DNA of 64,000 bases from positions 74,772,001-74,836,000 of the forward strand of contig NC_043002.1 of NCBI RefSeq assembly GCF_006345805.1. Reading direction: 5' to 3'. Position numbers and translations under genes: made by a program. Below the pieces are notes generated by a model that saw only the letters and a program-made list of their open reading frames with translations, ran no database searches and was not told where the DNA came from. This document shows positions 25,281 to 38,632 of the stretch, piece by piece. Positions within the stretch are counted from its first letter, which is position 1; every line of letters starts with the position of its first letter. This DNA comes from Octopus sinensis (lineage: Eukaryota).

Positions 25281-25731
25281 GAATTTCATATGCAATGTTT
25301 CATTCTTTTTGTTAGAAAACTGGTTTTACAGCTGGATGCTCTTCCCATCACTAACCACTCAGCCATGAAGTGGAAAAGGAAGTTTTGTCATTCAGGTGAA
25401 CTGGAGCAAGCAGAGTAACATACCTTGCTAGCAGCACATTATATATTGGCTCCAGATAAGAGATTAGAACCTGAGACCATGCAAACATCACTCTAGTGTT
25501 CTACAATCTCAAACCTTTGTCAGACAAACTTATAGATTGATAGATAATCTGTTATTTCATTGAAAGTGTCTCCTGATGTCCTTCAGCCTTTTTTTTTTAA
25601 AGCTATGATATTTCATCTTATATTTTTCTTTCTGTCTTTTTTTTTTTCATCTAGTTTCATTCCCAATGTTTATAAATACAGTAGACTTGTTTCTCATTCC
25701 CAACTGACGTGTTTCTAACCTTTCTTTGCAG

Positions 25732-25741
25732 GTGATTTACA
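25732..25741 (+). other. Candidate 10-nt microexon (GC donor)
   Basis: ctgac/ctaac branch-point-like motifs, then ctttctttgcag|GTGATTTACA|gcaagt, in a TE-free island. Confidence 0.25.
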
Positions 25742-27847
25742 GCAAGTGTGTTTTTAGTTATTTATATATTTCGAGTGTAATTTACTTTATTTTTTTTTCT
25801 TTTCTTTTTTATATCTTAGTATTTGCAATTTGTTACAAAAATGCTGATATTTTATGATTCAGCAGTGTATTTCTGCAAAAGTATACGAATTAGTCTTGTT
25901 GCATGTTGCACACTACTACTACTACTACTACTACTACAGCAGCAATAACAGCAACAAATGATGTTTTCCTAAAGATACTGATGTACTGATTGAAGTGGAA
26001 ATCCTTTCTATTGGAACAAGTGGCATGGGGGTAACAATGAGGGGAGAAAAGATTTTTCAGAAAATAATAGGGAATAATAGGTGGCTGCGTTGTTGTTGTT
26101 GGTGGTGGTAGGGGGTAAGAGGAAAGTGGGGAGAAGGCAAAGCGTTAGTGTCTCTGCTTACCCCTTTCTATAACTCACTCCTTACTGGTAATTGGTTGTA
26201 TTTGGAGGTATGCTGCTGGAAACTTAATGACCAGCTGTCAATTGGTTTCAACTTCAACAGTTGTCTTTGCTAAGGGTCATTTAGAAAGAATCCATGCTGC
26301 ATGTCCTGTTTGCCACTTCTTTTCCCCCGTCCCCCCTTTCTCCGTGCGTTTCCTCTGCTCCATTCTTTGCTTCAAGAGTAATCCATTTCTCTACAGCAGC
26401 AGCAATACAACCACGAAAAACATCACCACCACCACTACCATCATTACTACTGCTACTTATTTATGTTTTATTGATCTCTCTCTCTCTCTTTTCTCTCTTC
26501 TTTACTGCCAATGATTTTTGCTTCAAGTTGGGATGTAATAGTATTTGCACTCATTAAAATGGTTTATTCAAGCATTAATTTCAATTCAAAACCCCAAATG
26601 AAAAAAAAATAACACACACACACACACATATACATATACATATACATATTGATTTTTTTAAAAATATATATTTATTCATTTATTCATTTCAACATGTCTT
26701 CTTTTTGACATTTTAATTTAAGTTCTTCTTTTTTTTTTTCTTTCGCCCTCTCCTCTCACTCCACCACAATTTCCATTATTGTTGCTTACTGAGGGGGAAA
26801 AAAATCCACCATTTGTGATGAAGTTCTGAAATACAGTTGCTAGTAAGATAATGTTTGGATGATTACACTTCTACAGCTGATATTTTTATGAAGATTTGAT
26901 ATTGTTAACGAATAATAACAGAGGAATGGTAATCTATTCTTCTTAATTCTGTGCCTTGGGTAGAATTTTCTCTATCTTCCTCTTTCTCTCTCTTTATATT
27001 TGTTTTCTTGTAAATTCCAAGTATTACGATTCCTTCTGTTTTACTCTTGTGGATAAAGTGTTGGATCAGTAACTTTGAGCTTTGTGTTTCAAATCCTTGA
27101 AAGTTGCGGTTTTCAAACTTGTGAAGTATGAGGCCATACCAAAATATATTAGTGAAAATGTTCTTCCCTTGATCACCTCATCTCTTTATTAACTGTTTTG
27201 GTACCAACCTACTCAAGAACACCCTGGTTCTATGGATAAGTTTTAAAATTATTTAAATTAAAATCTTCCAATCAAATTTCCTATTAATTTATGTTTGTAC
27301 AAAAAAAACCCCCTTAAATCTCTTCAATTCGGTTCATGTGCCTTTCCTCACTTATGGTCATGAACATCAGGGAATGATAAAAATATATGATTACAAATAT
27401 AAGCGGCCAAAATAGGGTTCATCTGAAGGGTCTCTGAAGTAACATTACTCAACAGGGTGCATAGCTCAGATCAGGGAGTCTCTCCAGATTGTGCCACATT
27501 GAGAGATCACAGACGTGATTAGATTGTGGCAGGAAAGGATTGCAAGACAAATTCTTCAAGTTTAGCCAACTGACAGGAGACCTAAGGGTAGATGGTCAGA
27601 ATAGCCATAGTCTCAATTGGTCATGCATGGGAATCTAGCCAGAAAGTCTAATGATGGTTGCTTCTTATAAGACTCTTTGGAGGAGAGGCCTGAAAACTCT
27701 ACACACTGGTCTCTTCCAGGTATAAGTGTTTTGTTAATATATGGGCAACACACACACATGAACATGTATGTGTACAAAAAACATGTATGCAATAGGTGTA
27801 CGTACAAACGTGTGTGTGTGTGTGTGTGTGTTGCCCCCCCCCCACAT

Positions 27848-28165
27848 ATCATCATCATCATCATCGTTTAACGTCCGTTCTCCATGCTAGCATGGGTTGA
27901 ACGGTTCGACCAGGGATCTGGGAAGCCAGAAGGTTGCACCAGGCTCCAGTCTTCTCTGGCAATGTTTCTACAGCTGGATGCCCTTCCTAACGCCAACCAC
28001 TCCGTGAGTGTAGTGGGTGCTTTTTACGTGCCACCCGCACAGGTGCCAGGCGAGGCTGGCCACGGTCGGATTGGTGCAATTTACGTGCCACCGGCACGGA
28101 AGCCAGTTGGGGCGGCGCTGGCATCGGCCATGATTCGGATAGTGCTTTTTACGTACCACCAGTCC
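27848..28165 (-). mobile_element. RTE-type 3'UTR fragment, young (CpG-rich)
   Basis: (CAT)n tail, GGATGCCCTTCCTAACGCCAACC, three TTTACGTGCCACC motifs. Confidence 0.85.
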
Positions 28166-28169
28166 AGGG

Positions 28170-28319
28170 TATATAAATATATATATATATATAAGAACCA
28201 ATTTTAACGGATTTCGCCCATATTTGACGTCAGTGTTACTTAGTTTGGTTTGAAATAAAGAACTTGATTAGCTTAATAATCCTAACTTAATCCTGGACAA
28301 AGCCGGGTTATACTGCTAG
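28170..28319 (+). mobile_element. Short non-autonomous Helitron (3' end)
   Basis: Hairpin CCTGG-acaaag-CCGGG (28292-28307) just upstream of CTAG|T (28316-28320). TA-rich 5' end. Confidence 0.6.
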
Positions 28320-28989
28320 TAAGTTATAAATATGTATTTGAGCAAAGTTTTGGAATAAATGACTCTTGAAGCAACTGTGTCTGTGCATTTGCGCACATGT
28401 GCATATGCACATGTCAATATTCATGTATTCCAGCACATTCACACACTTTCAGATTTATGTATTGCTAACATGCTACTTTAACTGTTTTGTTACCATATTA
28501 CTATTGAATTACACTGCCTTTGTTTTAATTAATTTGAAAATAATGAATTTATAGAAATAAAAATATCATTGTTAAGCAAGTGTTTTATATATAAACTAAC
28601 AAGTCATTTTGATGAAAGGTTTTCAGTTTAAAACATTGAATTTGTATCGTAGAATCTGGAGCAGTTTCAGGTGGTTTGATATCAAAAGAGTTAAAGATGT
28701 TAGTGTACATGGGTTTATGTTATTGCATGGGAATGTCTTTTCTTCTTGTCATGTAATGGCATTCACCCAGGAGGGTTTCAACCGGCTCCTATTGTGAGTT
28801 CATAGGAATTTCAGGGGATGGTCAGAGTCTGCAAAAACAATTCCTGTCTGTATTCATAAACCACCATACACGACTGGTGGCAGTGGTCCTTGTGTTACGC
28901 CTTTTTATCGCAGGATTCCCACAGATGTGATCCACTGCCACCAGGAAGTCACCAGATTTTGGAACAGATGCTGCCAGGAATTCACCTTT

Positions 28990-29125
28990 GCCCTCTAGTT
29001 AGCTGGGTTGCAGGCCTAGCATTGCTGATGTTAGACCTGTCTGTCTTGGGTGGCTCTACTAGGGACTTGAAGTCTCTGATGGCATAGCTCTGACACTCAA
29101 TTGCTTAACCTTCCCAACGATGAGA
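28990..29125 (-). mobile_element. RTE 5'UTR-like (Ceph-domain-like) fragment
   Basis: Minus strand reads AGAGCTATGCC..TAGTAGAGCCACCCAAGACAGACAGGTC, resembling the conserved RTE/BovB 5' region. Confidence 0.5.
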
Positions 29126-30027
29126 TCAAGGGTTGGACTTTGAGGAGTAGGGAGTGGAATTAGAAAATACATGAAGCCGAGGGTCAAAGTTGGTCATATA
29201 GTGCTACTGTAAAATTCCAGTCCCCTTTAATACAACTGGTGGAGAGGTTGAAAGCAGCAAAAGTCTGCTAATATATAATGCTATGAGATTCGGGGCTCCT
29301 ATTGTTTAGGTAACAACATTGACCAGAAGCAAGTAGAACATAAAGCTATTAAAATGGCAGAGATCACCTTGTAAAATGAAAGAAATGGTAGAAGTATGAT
29401 GCAGAATGTAAGGGCTGCGTGGGATGGATGTAGAACGAATTTATATTGTTAGAATTACAAAGGCTAGTGAGATAATGTAACCAAAGAAACTTATTGTGTT
29501 AAAGAGTGTAGGAAGAGTGTATCACTTAAGTAGTGGTGTAGGAAGACAATGTGCATGAGTAGCATGTAAGACAGCTGAATAAGGAAGCTATCATGGAACA
29601 TTTTGTGGAAAATGGAAGCAGCTACTCTTGAGTGATGTGTAGGATGTTTCAATCCAAGGTCAAAATTAGGATGGTGATGTTACTGTTATACAAATGATTG
29701 TCATTGATGTGGAGGCTATACATCATTGGAGCATGTTCTGTTCTGTCTGCATGCAAGTCATCACTTGCAGTCTTGAATATTCCTGCTGATGCGCTAAAAC
29801 ATGAGGTGCAGCAGTGTCAGTTTAATATATTATGTATCAACATCGTTACATTTCTTTGTCTTATGCAAGAAGGACAATAATTAACATAGGTTTAGGTGGA
29901 TTTGAAGGTTGTAATTGTGTTTCCAAAATATGTTGTAATGACAGAGCAACAGACTTTATGGTATAGTTTGACCTGACAAAAAAAAAAAATTCTGATTGTT
30001 GAGTTCACAAGCCTTATGGAATACATA

Positions 30028-30247
30028 CAAAGGGGTGCTGAAAATTTCCTGACTTTAAGAGTATTGTAGAAGGCCATCCATGTTGGAGGCTAATCCTTCC
30101 AAGTTCTTTTCAGGGCTAAGAAAAACGGAATGACCTCTACAATAAGTGCGTGAATTTGAGAATGGAATATGTTGAATAGAATCATAATTAACTGATCTTC
30201 CTGTATTTTCTTTTACCCAAAACCAGGAACTTTCCAACACGCCCTTG
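30028..30247 (+). mobile_element. Internally deleted mariner (MITE), 220 bp
   Basis: TIRs CAAAGGGGTGCTGAAAATTTCCTGACTTT / AAAACCAGGAACTTTCCAACACGCCCTTG, TA/TG flanks, and internal NKCVNLRMEYVE* mariner C-terminus. Confidence 0.8.
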
Positions 30248-30390
30248 TGTAGAAAAGAAGGACCTAAAATATGAAGAACGTAGAGATTTGTGCAAGGCAT
30301 GAAATATCTAGTAAATGTGGGATGATATGGCTTTTAGGTTATTATGTTATATTTCTGGTTGGTACTGGACTTAATAAATATTACAGACTA

Positions 30391-30603
30391 GGGCAGCAAG
30401 TTGGCGGAATCATTAGCACACATGACTTAATGCTTAGCAGCATTTTGTCCATCTTTACGTACTGAGTTCAAATGCCACCAAAGTCGACTTTGCCCTGCAT
30501 CCTTTCGAGGTCAATAATATAAGTGCCAGTCGAGCACTGGGGTTGGTGTAATCAGCTTAGCTACTCACCCCAAATTGCTGGCCTTGTACCAAAATATGAA
30601 ACC
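30391..30603 (+). mobile_element. SINE family B with perfect 14-bp TSD
   Basis: aatattacagacta at 30377-30390 and 30604-30617. Confidence 0.88.
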
Positions 30604-30628
30604 AATATTACAGACTAATGATTGGTGA

Positions 30629-30843
30629 ACTCTTTAACTCTTTTACTTGTTTCAGTCATTTGACTGCGGCCATGCTGGAGCACCGCCTTTAGTCGAGCAA
30701 ATCGACTCCAGGACTTATTCTTTGTAAACCCAGTACTTATTCTATCGGTCTCTTTTGCTGAACTGCTAAGTGACTGCGACGTAAACACACCAGCATCGGT
30801 TGTCAAGCAATGCTAAGGGGGACAAACACAGACATACAAACAT

Positions 30844-30878
<35 letters not shown>

Positions 30879-31042
30879 CATATATACGACGGGCTTCTTT
30901 TAGTTTCCGTCTACCAAATCCACTCACAAGGCTTTGGTCGGCCTGAGGCTATAGTAGAAGACACTTGCCCAAGATGCCACGCAGTGGCACTGAACCCGGA
31001 ACCATGTGGTTGGTAAGCAAGCTACTTACCACACAGCCACTC
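30629..31042 (-). mobile_element. Family A SINE, young
   Basis: Near-identical reverse complement of 4835-5303. Confidence 0.9.
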
Positions 31043-31329
31043 AGAAAATATGTCACCATAAATGTGATAGATGCATGTGAAAGACAGGTCAAAGCTGAGA
31101 GCAAAGAAGAAATACTGGTTGGAGCGATGATAGCTGTGTTCGGTTTGGTGGTTGCATGGGTAATGGAGGTTGGAGAAAACACATGCTACAGTGCAGAACA
31201 AAAGAATCTGGACATTCCCTGGTAGTATCAATGCTGCTTGGTACTGCTGGAAGGAGTGATACTGTGGCAAGTTGTTGAAATTGTCGTGGTCTCCAGTTGA
31301 CATCTTATGAACGGAATGTAGGCTATATA

Positions 31330-32211
31330 TAAAGTAGAACATGTGTGTCTGTGTGTGTGTGTATATATTCATGTTGATGCATGTATATGTATACATATGT
31401 ATATAAATTATGTTTTCCTATTCTCTTCAGCTATTGTTGATCCACTGCTGGATGAAGCTTCAGCATATTTCTGGCTTATCTATGCTGGTTATCTCTCTCT
31501 CTCTCTCTCCATATGTATGTATGTATGTATATACATGCATACATATTCATGCGTGTATTTTTGTATGCATATATATATATATTTCTTTGTGTGTGTGCAC
31601 AAATATACAAATGTATGCATAGACATACCTACTTATATATAGATAGATAGATGCTGACATAAGCTTGTTAATTCTATTTTCTCTCTCTGTCTCCCTTGCT
31701 CATGTACCAATTGTTTTTCATGTTGTGTGGGTGTGTATGTATATAATACCCCTTACTTACTGTGTGTACATTGTGATTGACTGAACAAACTGACAGAGCC
31801 CAATTATTCAATATTTGAGGAATGTAGGGCTGGTGTCTTCTGGCAGAAGAAAATGTTGTTCATACAGTGCTGCGTGGCCAGTTGCCAACTGTTCAAATAC
31901 TTTCAATGTCAATTGGAAAAGGAATGAAGAAAGGGAATATAACACACACACGTGCACACACACACACACACACATTATACTGTATAGAATAGGATAGATT
32001 ATGATAACAACAGCAATAATAACATAAAAATAATATTAGTAATTTTATTTGTAATAATAATAATAATAGTAGTAAAATATTTGAATTATAATAATAATAA
32101 TAATGATGATGATGATAATAAATATTAAGTAATAATAAACTTTGAAATTTTACTCATGCATCATTATGTTTCAAGTGATGTGAGATACTGGTTACACATA
32201 AACACATATAT

Positions 32212-32268
<57 letters not shown>

Positions 32269-32379
32269 TTGACACACACTCAAACATGTACTTACATACC
32301 ATTTATATATATATATATACTCACACACATACATGTACTTACCATTTATATATGTAGATGCATAAAATATATGTATATT

Positions 32380-32414
<35 letters not shown>

Positions 32415-33422
32415 GAGTGTGTGTGTGTGTGTGCGCACGCACGCGCACACACTTAATGCATATGTACAGACACACGTACATACATATTTATCTATCTATC
32501 TAGTTATCTATCTATAATACATATGTGATGGTTATGGAGGTGGTGATAGCATTTCAGAACAATATTAAAAATAAATACAAAAATGACATAAAATGTAGAA
32601 AAATATAAAAAAGAAAACAAATCCCCAAAACAAAACAGAAAACACACAGAAATATTTACTGTAAGTTTGTCAAAGATAATTATCTGAGATGCCAAGATTT
32701 CTGAATTATGTTGTTGTCTGAGCCTATTGGACAGGCTTTCTTCCATAATCTTGTTAATTTCATAAGTGTCCGTAAGTCTATATGCATAGTTGTGCATTGA
32801 CATATACTCACACAAATATATACAAGCACACTAACACACACACACACACACACACACACAATCATGCATGGACACTTAGGCAGAAATACATGAAATGTGA
32901 GTGCAAAAATGGATATGTACACAAATGCATGTACCTGCAAACAAATGTGCATATATGTAAACAAATGTCTACATATGTACATAATAAACAAGTCTGTACA
33001 CAATCTTATACAAATGGACAGAGAGAGACAGAAAGAAGGGGGTGATTCTGTGTGAGAACCTCCTTTCTTTTCTCTCTAATCTTATTCTGAGTCATACATA
33101 TTCCTGTATATATAATGTAAGTATGAGTGTTTGTCTATATATGTGTGTATATATACTCACACCCACATGTGTAATATATGTGTGTTTATGTACATATACC
33201 CACCTACATTTATGTGTGTATATGTATGTACATTTGTATTTACATATAGCTACACAACCCCCACGATAATGTATGTTTGAATAACGTGTGTATGTGTATA
33301 ATGTGTGTATGTCTAAACTTGCACAGTACCCTTGTTTATGTATGTATGTATGTATGTGTGTGTGCATATATATATATATAATGCTTTTATGAAATACATA
33401 TACCCATTCAGAACACACATTT

Positions 33423-33470
<48 letters not shown>
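31330..33470. repeat. Low-complexity region of degenerate TA/TG/CA/AAT microsatellites
   Basis: Directly visible, including pure (TA)n at 32217-32250 and (TG)n at 33425-33471. Confidence 0.85.
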
Positions 33471-33473
<3 letters not shown>

Positions 33474-33774
33474 ACACTGGAAGTAACAAACCATAATTTG
33501 TTTCCTAAACTATATTATGCACATATGCACAGCAGCATCTATAAGATGCATGACGACCACGTTAATCTACAGAGTATAGGATAATTACAGTGGTGTGTTT
33601 CTTCAGAATAGACTTTCTGTTTATAGTAAACATGAAACTTCAGATTTGTTTCAGCTATCATTCTTTGTCTTTCCATTCTGAGACCTGCCAACCTTCAGCT
33701 CTTTAAAGGTCAACCTTATCTGAACTATTTAATCGATATAATGATCATTGTTCTCCCTATCTGCTGATTGTTTT

Positions 33775-34282
33775 ATCTTTTACTTCTTTTGGCCATTGAA
33801 TTGCGTCCATGCTGGAGCACTGCCTTGAAGTGTTTAGTTAACAAACAAATTGATCTCAGTACTTTTTTTTTTTTTTCAATCTGGCACTTATCTTAATTGT
33901 CTCTTTTGCTGAACTGCCAAGTTATAGGGATGTAAACAAACCAGTGCTGGTTGTCAAATGATGGTGGCGACAAACTCAAAGACACACAAACATGAATATG
34001 TATGTATAAATATGTGTGTATATCAATCTGTGTATCTACATGTTTGTCTGTCTGTCTGTCTAAAGGTGGTTCCCCATCATGGCCACAGTCTAATGACTGA
34101 AATAAGTCAATGGTATATACACGATAGGCCTTCACTCAGTTTCTGTATACTGAATTTTCACTCACAAGGTGTTGGTTGGTTTGGGGTTATAATAGAAGAT
34201 GCTTGCTCAAGGTACCATGTAGTGGGACTGAACCTGAAACCATGTGGTTACAAAGTGAGATTCTTAACTACAACCATACCTA
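33775..34282 (-). mobile_element. Degenerate family A SINE
   Basis: CCATGCTGGAGCAC..CTGAACTGCCAAG..GGGACTGAACC..CTTAACTACAACC. Confidence 0.75.
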
Positions 34283-34664
34283 TTTGATCCTGAAAGTTTA
34301 TTAGATGTTTGCCTATTAACTGCTTGAAACATTCAGCGCTTTTTTTTTTAATCTGGAGTATTTTGCTTGTTTGGGCTTGTTGTTATTATTGATTAAGTCA
34401 TATTTTTTTTGTGAGACATTGTATCATCAACACATCAAAAAAAAGAAGGCATTTTTGAAGGGGGTAAAAATGGACATCAATATAATACATCATCTTGGAC
34501 AAAATACGAATTTAGAACATGGTTTCTGAGAAGACATATTTGCTGCTCATTGAAAAATCACACTCTAGGAATGTTTTCAAGAACTGCTTCAGTTTTGCAC
34601 TATGCTGTTTGTAAAATTTAGTAGACAAACCAGCTGTCATAGTGACACTATTATTTGTTCAAAC

Positions 34665-35393
34665 TAGTACTTGACTGGTATTTTGTTATCAATCACCAAG
34701 AGGATGAATGGCAAGATTTGAATTAGAATGTAAATAACTAACAAATGTCACAAGATGCTCTAATGGTTCTGCTAGCTTGCAGTCTTAATAATCCTTTCTA
34801 CCATAGGCACAAGACCTAAAATTTGGGAGAGAGGGATAGTCGATTACATTGACCCCAGTACTCAACTGGTACTTGATTTATTGACCCCGAAAGGATGAAA
34901 GGTAAAGTCGACCTCGGTGGAATTTGAACTCAGAACATAGCGACAAATGAAATAGCACTAAGCATTTCACCTGGTGTTGTAACTATTCTGCCAGCTCGCT
35001 AGTCAATTACATCACCCCCCACCCCTCCTTACTTGACTGGTACTTTATTTTATTAACCCTGAAAGGATGGAGAGTAAAGTTGGCCTCAGCAAGATTCGAA
35101 ATTTAGAAAGTAAAGAGCTGGAAGCAATGTTGTCCAGCATTTTGTCTGATATGCCGATGATTCTGCTAGCTTGCTGGCTTCAAATAAAAATGTTTCAAAC
35201 TTTTGGTATGTAGCCAAGATGGCATCATTTGAATACATTTGGACGTTGGTACTTAACTGGTACCTTATTTTATCCACCCCTATGATGAAAGGCAAAGTTA
35301 ACCTGAGTGGGATTTGAACTTAGAATGTGAAGAACCAGAAGAAATTCCACTATTTTGTCTAACATGCTAACAATTCTGCTGCCTCAGTCCCTT
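34665..35393 (-). mobile_element. Tandem array of four family B SINEs
   Basis: Four CTGGTAC..GGATGAAAGG..TTTGAAC units. Confidence 0.85.
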
Positions 35394-36989
35394 AATAATA
35401 ATAATAATATTAATAATAATAATAACAATAATAGTACTCTTACCACAAGAATATAATGTTAGAAACTCACTGAAGTCAAACAAATAACAAAAAGTGGAGA
35501 AAAAGAAAATTCAAAAAACAATTCCATGTAATTTCTTGCAGAAATATGCCATTTCAAATCTGATGGCAGAAACTGTTCTTCTATATGATGGCAGTGATTA
35601 ACAGCCTTCCTCTCTAATTGAAATTAGAATTTTCACAGGAAATTTACCTCTCCCCCCACTCACTCAATCAGTGCCAAGCTGTTCTCTACGAAATGGATTT
35701 TTATTCAGAAACTGTCCGATTTCAGAATTATTTCTGACTCAAGCAATAAAATTCTCCATTCATGCAATAGCCATTTGCTGAAGTGTATGTTATTGATTTA
35801 TCTCTTGGGTAGTGCAGCTAATGAATAGCCATAGATCTGCTCTCAACGGCTTCAACCAGTGGAAGTTGACGAGAGAGTCGATTTGTATTTATAGTTTGGC
35901 ATTGATTGCTAGTCTTACCAATTAACTGATCACTTGTGTAGGTCACTTGTCGTGAACCAGATAACAAACTTTGTTTAGATGGTAATAAACTAATTTGTGT
36001 AATATAGTTTTTCTCTGTCTTTGCTTAGAAAGTCAATACCTGTTCAACTAGACATTTAAACTGACCTAAACTCCTTAAACAGAACACAACAATGCAGGGA
36101 AACAATTGTAAACTTAGTGTTTTATTTATTTGCTTTAGTGCTTAAATCATTTATGCATTTTTAAGTGAATTTTTCAGAAAATTTGTCATGATTGGCCTAT
36201 TAAAGCCACTTTGATAGAAACATTTGCGTCTGTTTTCCACTAATTAAATTCTGTTTAGCTTATGTGCACCTGTTGAATGAATAGATTTCAATTGTTAATT
36301 GCAATTGAAGTTGCTCATTTATTTTAAAATCTAATTCATTATTAGCTTAACTTTGCTGATGATAATGGTGTTTTGCACAGACTTAAATCATGAACATGTA
36401 GCCAATAAATTACCATAGCATATGCATTATGACTCAGCTGCCTGCATCAGATATGTTTTGGTGTCATTTGGCACTGTCTATCTATCTACACTGATACATC
36501 TGGCTTGATTACTAGATATAGCTTTTCTTTTTGAATATCTGAAAATGTAGATAAATGAGATCTGTCTGTCAAATGAGTGAAATTTTGGTAATTCTTCAGT
36601 GTTCTGATAACTGAAGTAGCTGTTACTGAGAATGTAGATTTAAATAAATATGATAATATGATAACTCAAAATTTACTGTCTGAATCCTGATTGTGTGTGT
36701 GTGTGTGTGTGTGTGTGTACGTGCATGCACATACACACACACACACACTATCATCATTCTTTAACATCTGTTTTCCCTGCTGGCATGGGTTAAGCATTTG
36801 ACCACAGCTGACATGCAGAAGAGCTGCACTAGGTTCCAGTCTGATTGTGCACATGTGCGCACACACGTGCACACACACACATATTTGGGCTGCAAGGATT
36901 TTTCATTAGCGAAGTGAATGCTTGCAAGAAACAGCTGATCATATGAATGGTAGTACCCTTAATTTTAACACTACATAGATAGACCCACT

Positions 36990-37177
36990 GTGTGAGCTTC
37001 GGTATAGTTGTTGACCTGGTAGAAATAGCAGTTTAATATCTCTTGAATTTCATTCAATCATCTTAGAAAAGGAGGGACACATTGTAGTCTTAATGATGCA
37101 GTGTCTGAAAGATGCTGGAACAATTTTGATTGTGGGTCAGTGTATTCCAAGGCTGACCTAAAGATAAACAGCAACAG
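36990..37177 (+). mobile_element. Repeat family D, the only copy in this orientation
   Basis: GACCTGGTAGAAATAGCAG..GGGACACATTG..GGCTGACCTAAAGATAAACAGCAAC. Confidence 0.65.
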
Positions 37178-37446
37178 CCTGATTATTATGCATTGTGCAT
37201 TATATTCTTAAACAAGTGTTTTAGATTTTAAATCTGGTATATATTATATTGGCTTGATTGTTTTCTTTTAGTTTGCTATCTACTGATGACAGTCTTGTAT
37301 ATTGAATGTGTATGAGGACTTTGAACAGAAGTCCTAATATCAATTTGAAACTGATCTGGATTCGTATGAAGAAAGATTTGTATCTTTTACTAGAAAGTTT
37401 GATGATTTGGGGAGGTTGCTGTTTTTGACTTAAGTTGTCCCATTTT

Positions 37447-37522
37447 AAATCTTGCCTTCTAATTTTGAGCTTATTTTGCCTGCTAGTTTTGAGCTTATCT
37501 TGCCTTCTAGTTTTGAGCTTAT
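37447..37522. repeat. 24-bp tandem repeat x3
   Basis: TCTTGCCTTCTAGTTTTGAGCTTA unit. Confidence 0.8.
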
Positions 37523-38632
37523 TATCTAAAATGAAATCCAACTTTCAACATTTCCTTCTTTCTGAAAACTAATTTTATTTAGCAGTTTCAACAGTTAAGT
37601 TATCTGTAAAGAAATTGGATATTGTGGTTTCCTACCAGCTGTTACATTTGTTGACTGACACAAATAATTGGTAATATGTAAGATAATCTTGGGTTGCATA
37701 AGCTGACAAGACTTTAGTGATAGCAGGCATTAACTGTCATCTACACAAAGGACAACTATGATTGTGATGTAGACAAAGGAGATAAGAAGGCTGTGAACAA
37801 ATCTCATAAATATGTTACTGATCATACACAATAAAGGGAAGACTAAAGAAGAAATTGAAAGATACCTTCAGTTATTGATAAGTTGTAGTCGATTCCTGTC
37901 ATCATATAATCTTGCACAATTTTTCTTTTCTTTATCATGAAGCTGGTCCTTTCCTGGCCTGTCTGATCTCATTATAAAACTGGCTAAGCCTTGCAAGTAT
38001 GGCACTGTTATGAATATGGCTGTATCTTGCCAATATGTACATTTAGCTTTTTAATTTACAATCAACCAAAATTGCTCAATAAACCAAAAAGCAAATATCT
38101 GTATTTAGTAGAGGCTACTTTCAGTTATAAAGTTCTTTCTCTTGTTGTCATGTTTATTGATTTTAAAAAATATAAAAAACTCATCATCATCATCAAGTCT
38201 GATGATCTTAACATGGTGTATGACTTCAAAGGTTTTATTGAAGAAGAATTAAAGAAATGGCTTTGAACACTGCATAAAGAATGTGGTATTGATTTATTGT
38301 ATTGTGAAAGCTAAAGATGAACAAAACCGCCACATGTAAAAAGATCCATAAATCACAACAGTGTAGCTAATGTAGATGAATGGGCAGCAATCTTATCCTG
38401 TGTTTTTTTTTTTTTTTATCGTTTTGATAATTCTTCTCCAAATGGTCTCTTAGAACATGTAAGATTAAGGATAGATTATTCCACAAATTTATTTGAAATT
38501 TTATGAATTTTTTTTCTCCAAGATAATGGTGTCTGAAGCCTAATAGTTTAGAGTACAACCAACAGATACAAACCAATGATAATATCTAAGGTGCCCTCTC
38601 ACTTTAGCAAAATTAAAAAAGATACTGTAAGT

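Noticed and set aside
31343-33418. Cluster of overlapping ORFs
   Set aside because: Low-complexity TA/TG/CA sequence that lacks stop codons by composition.
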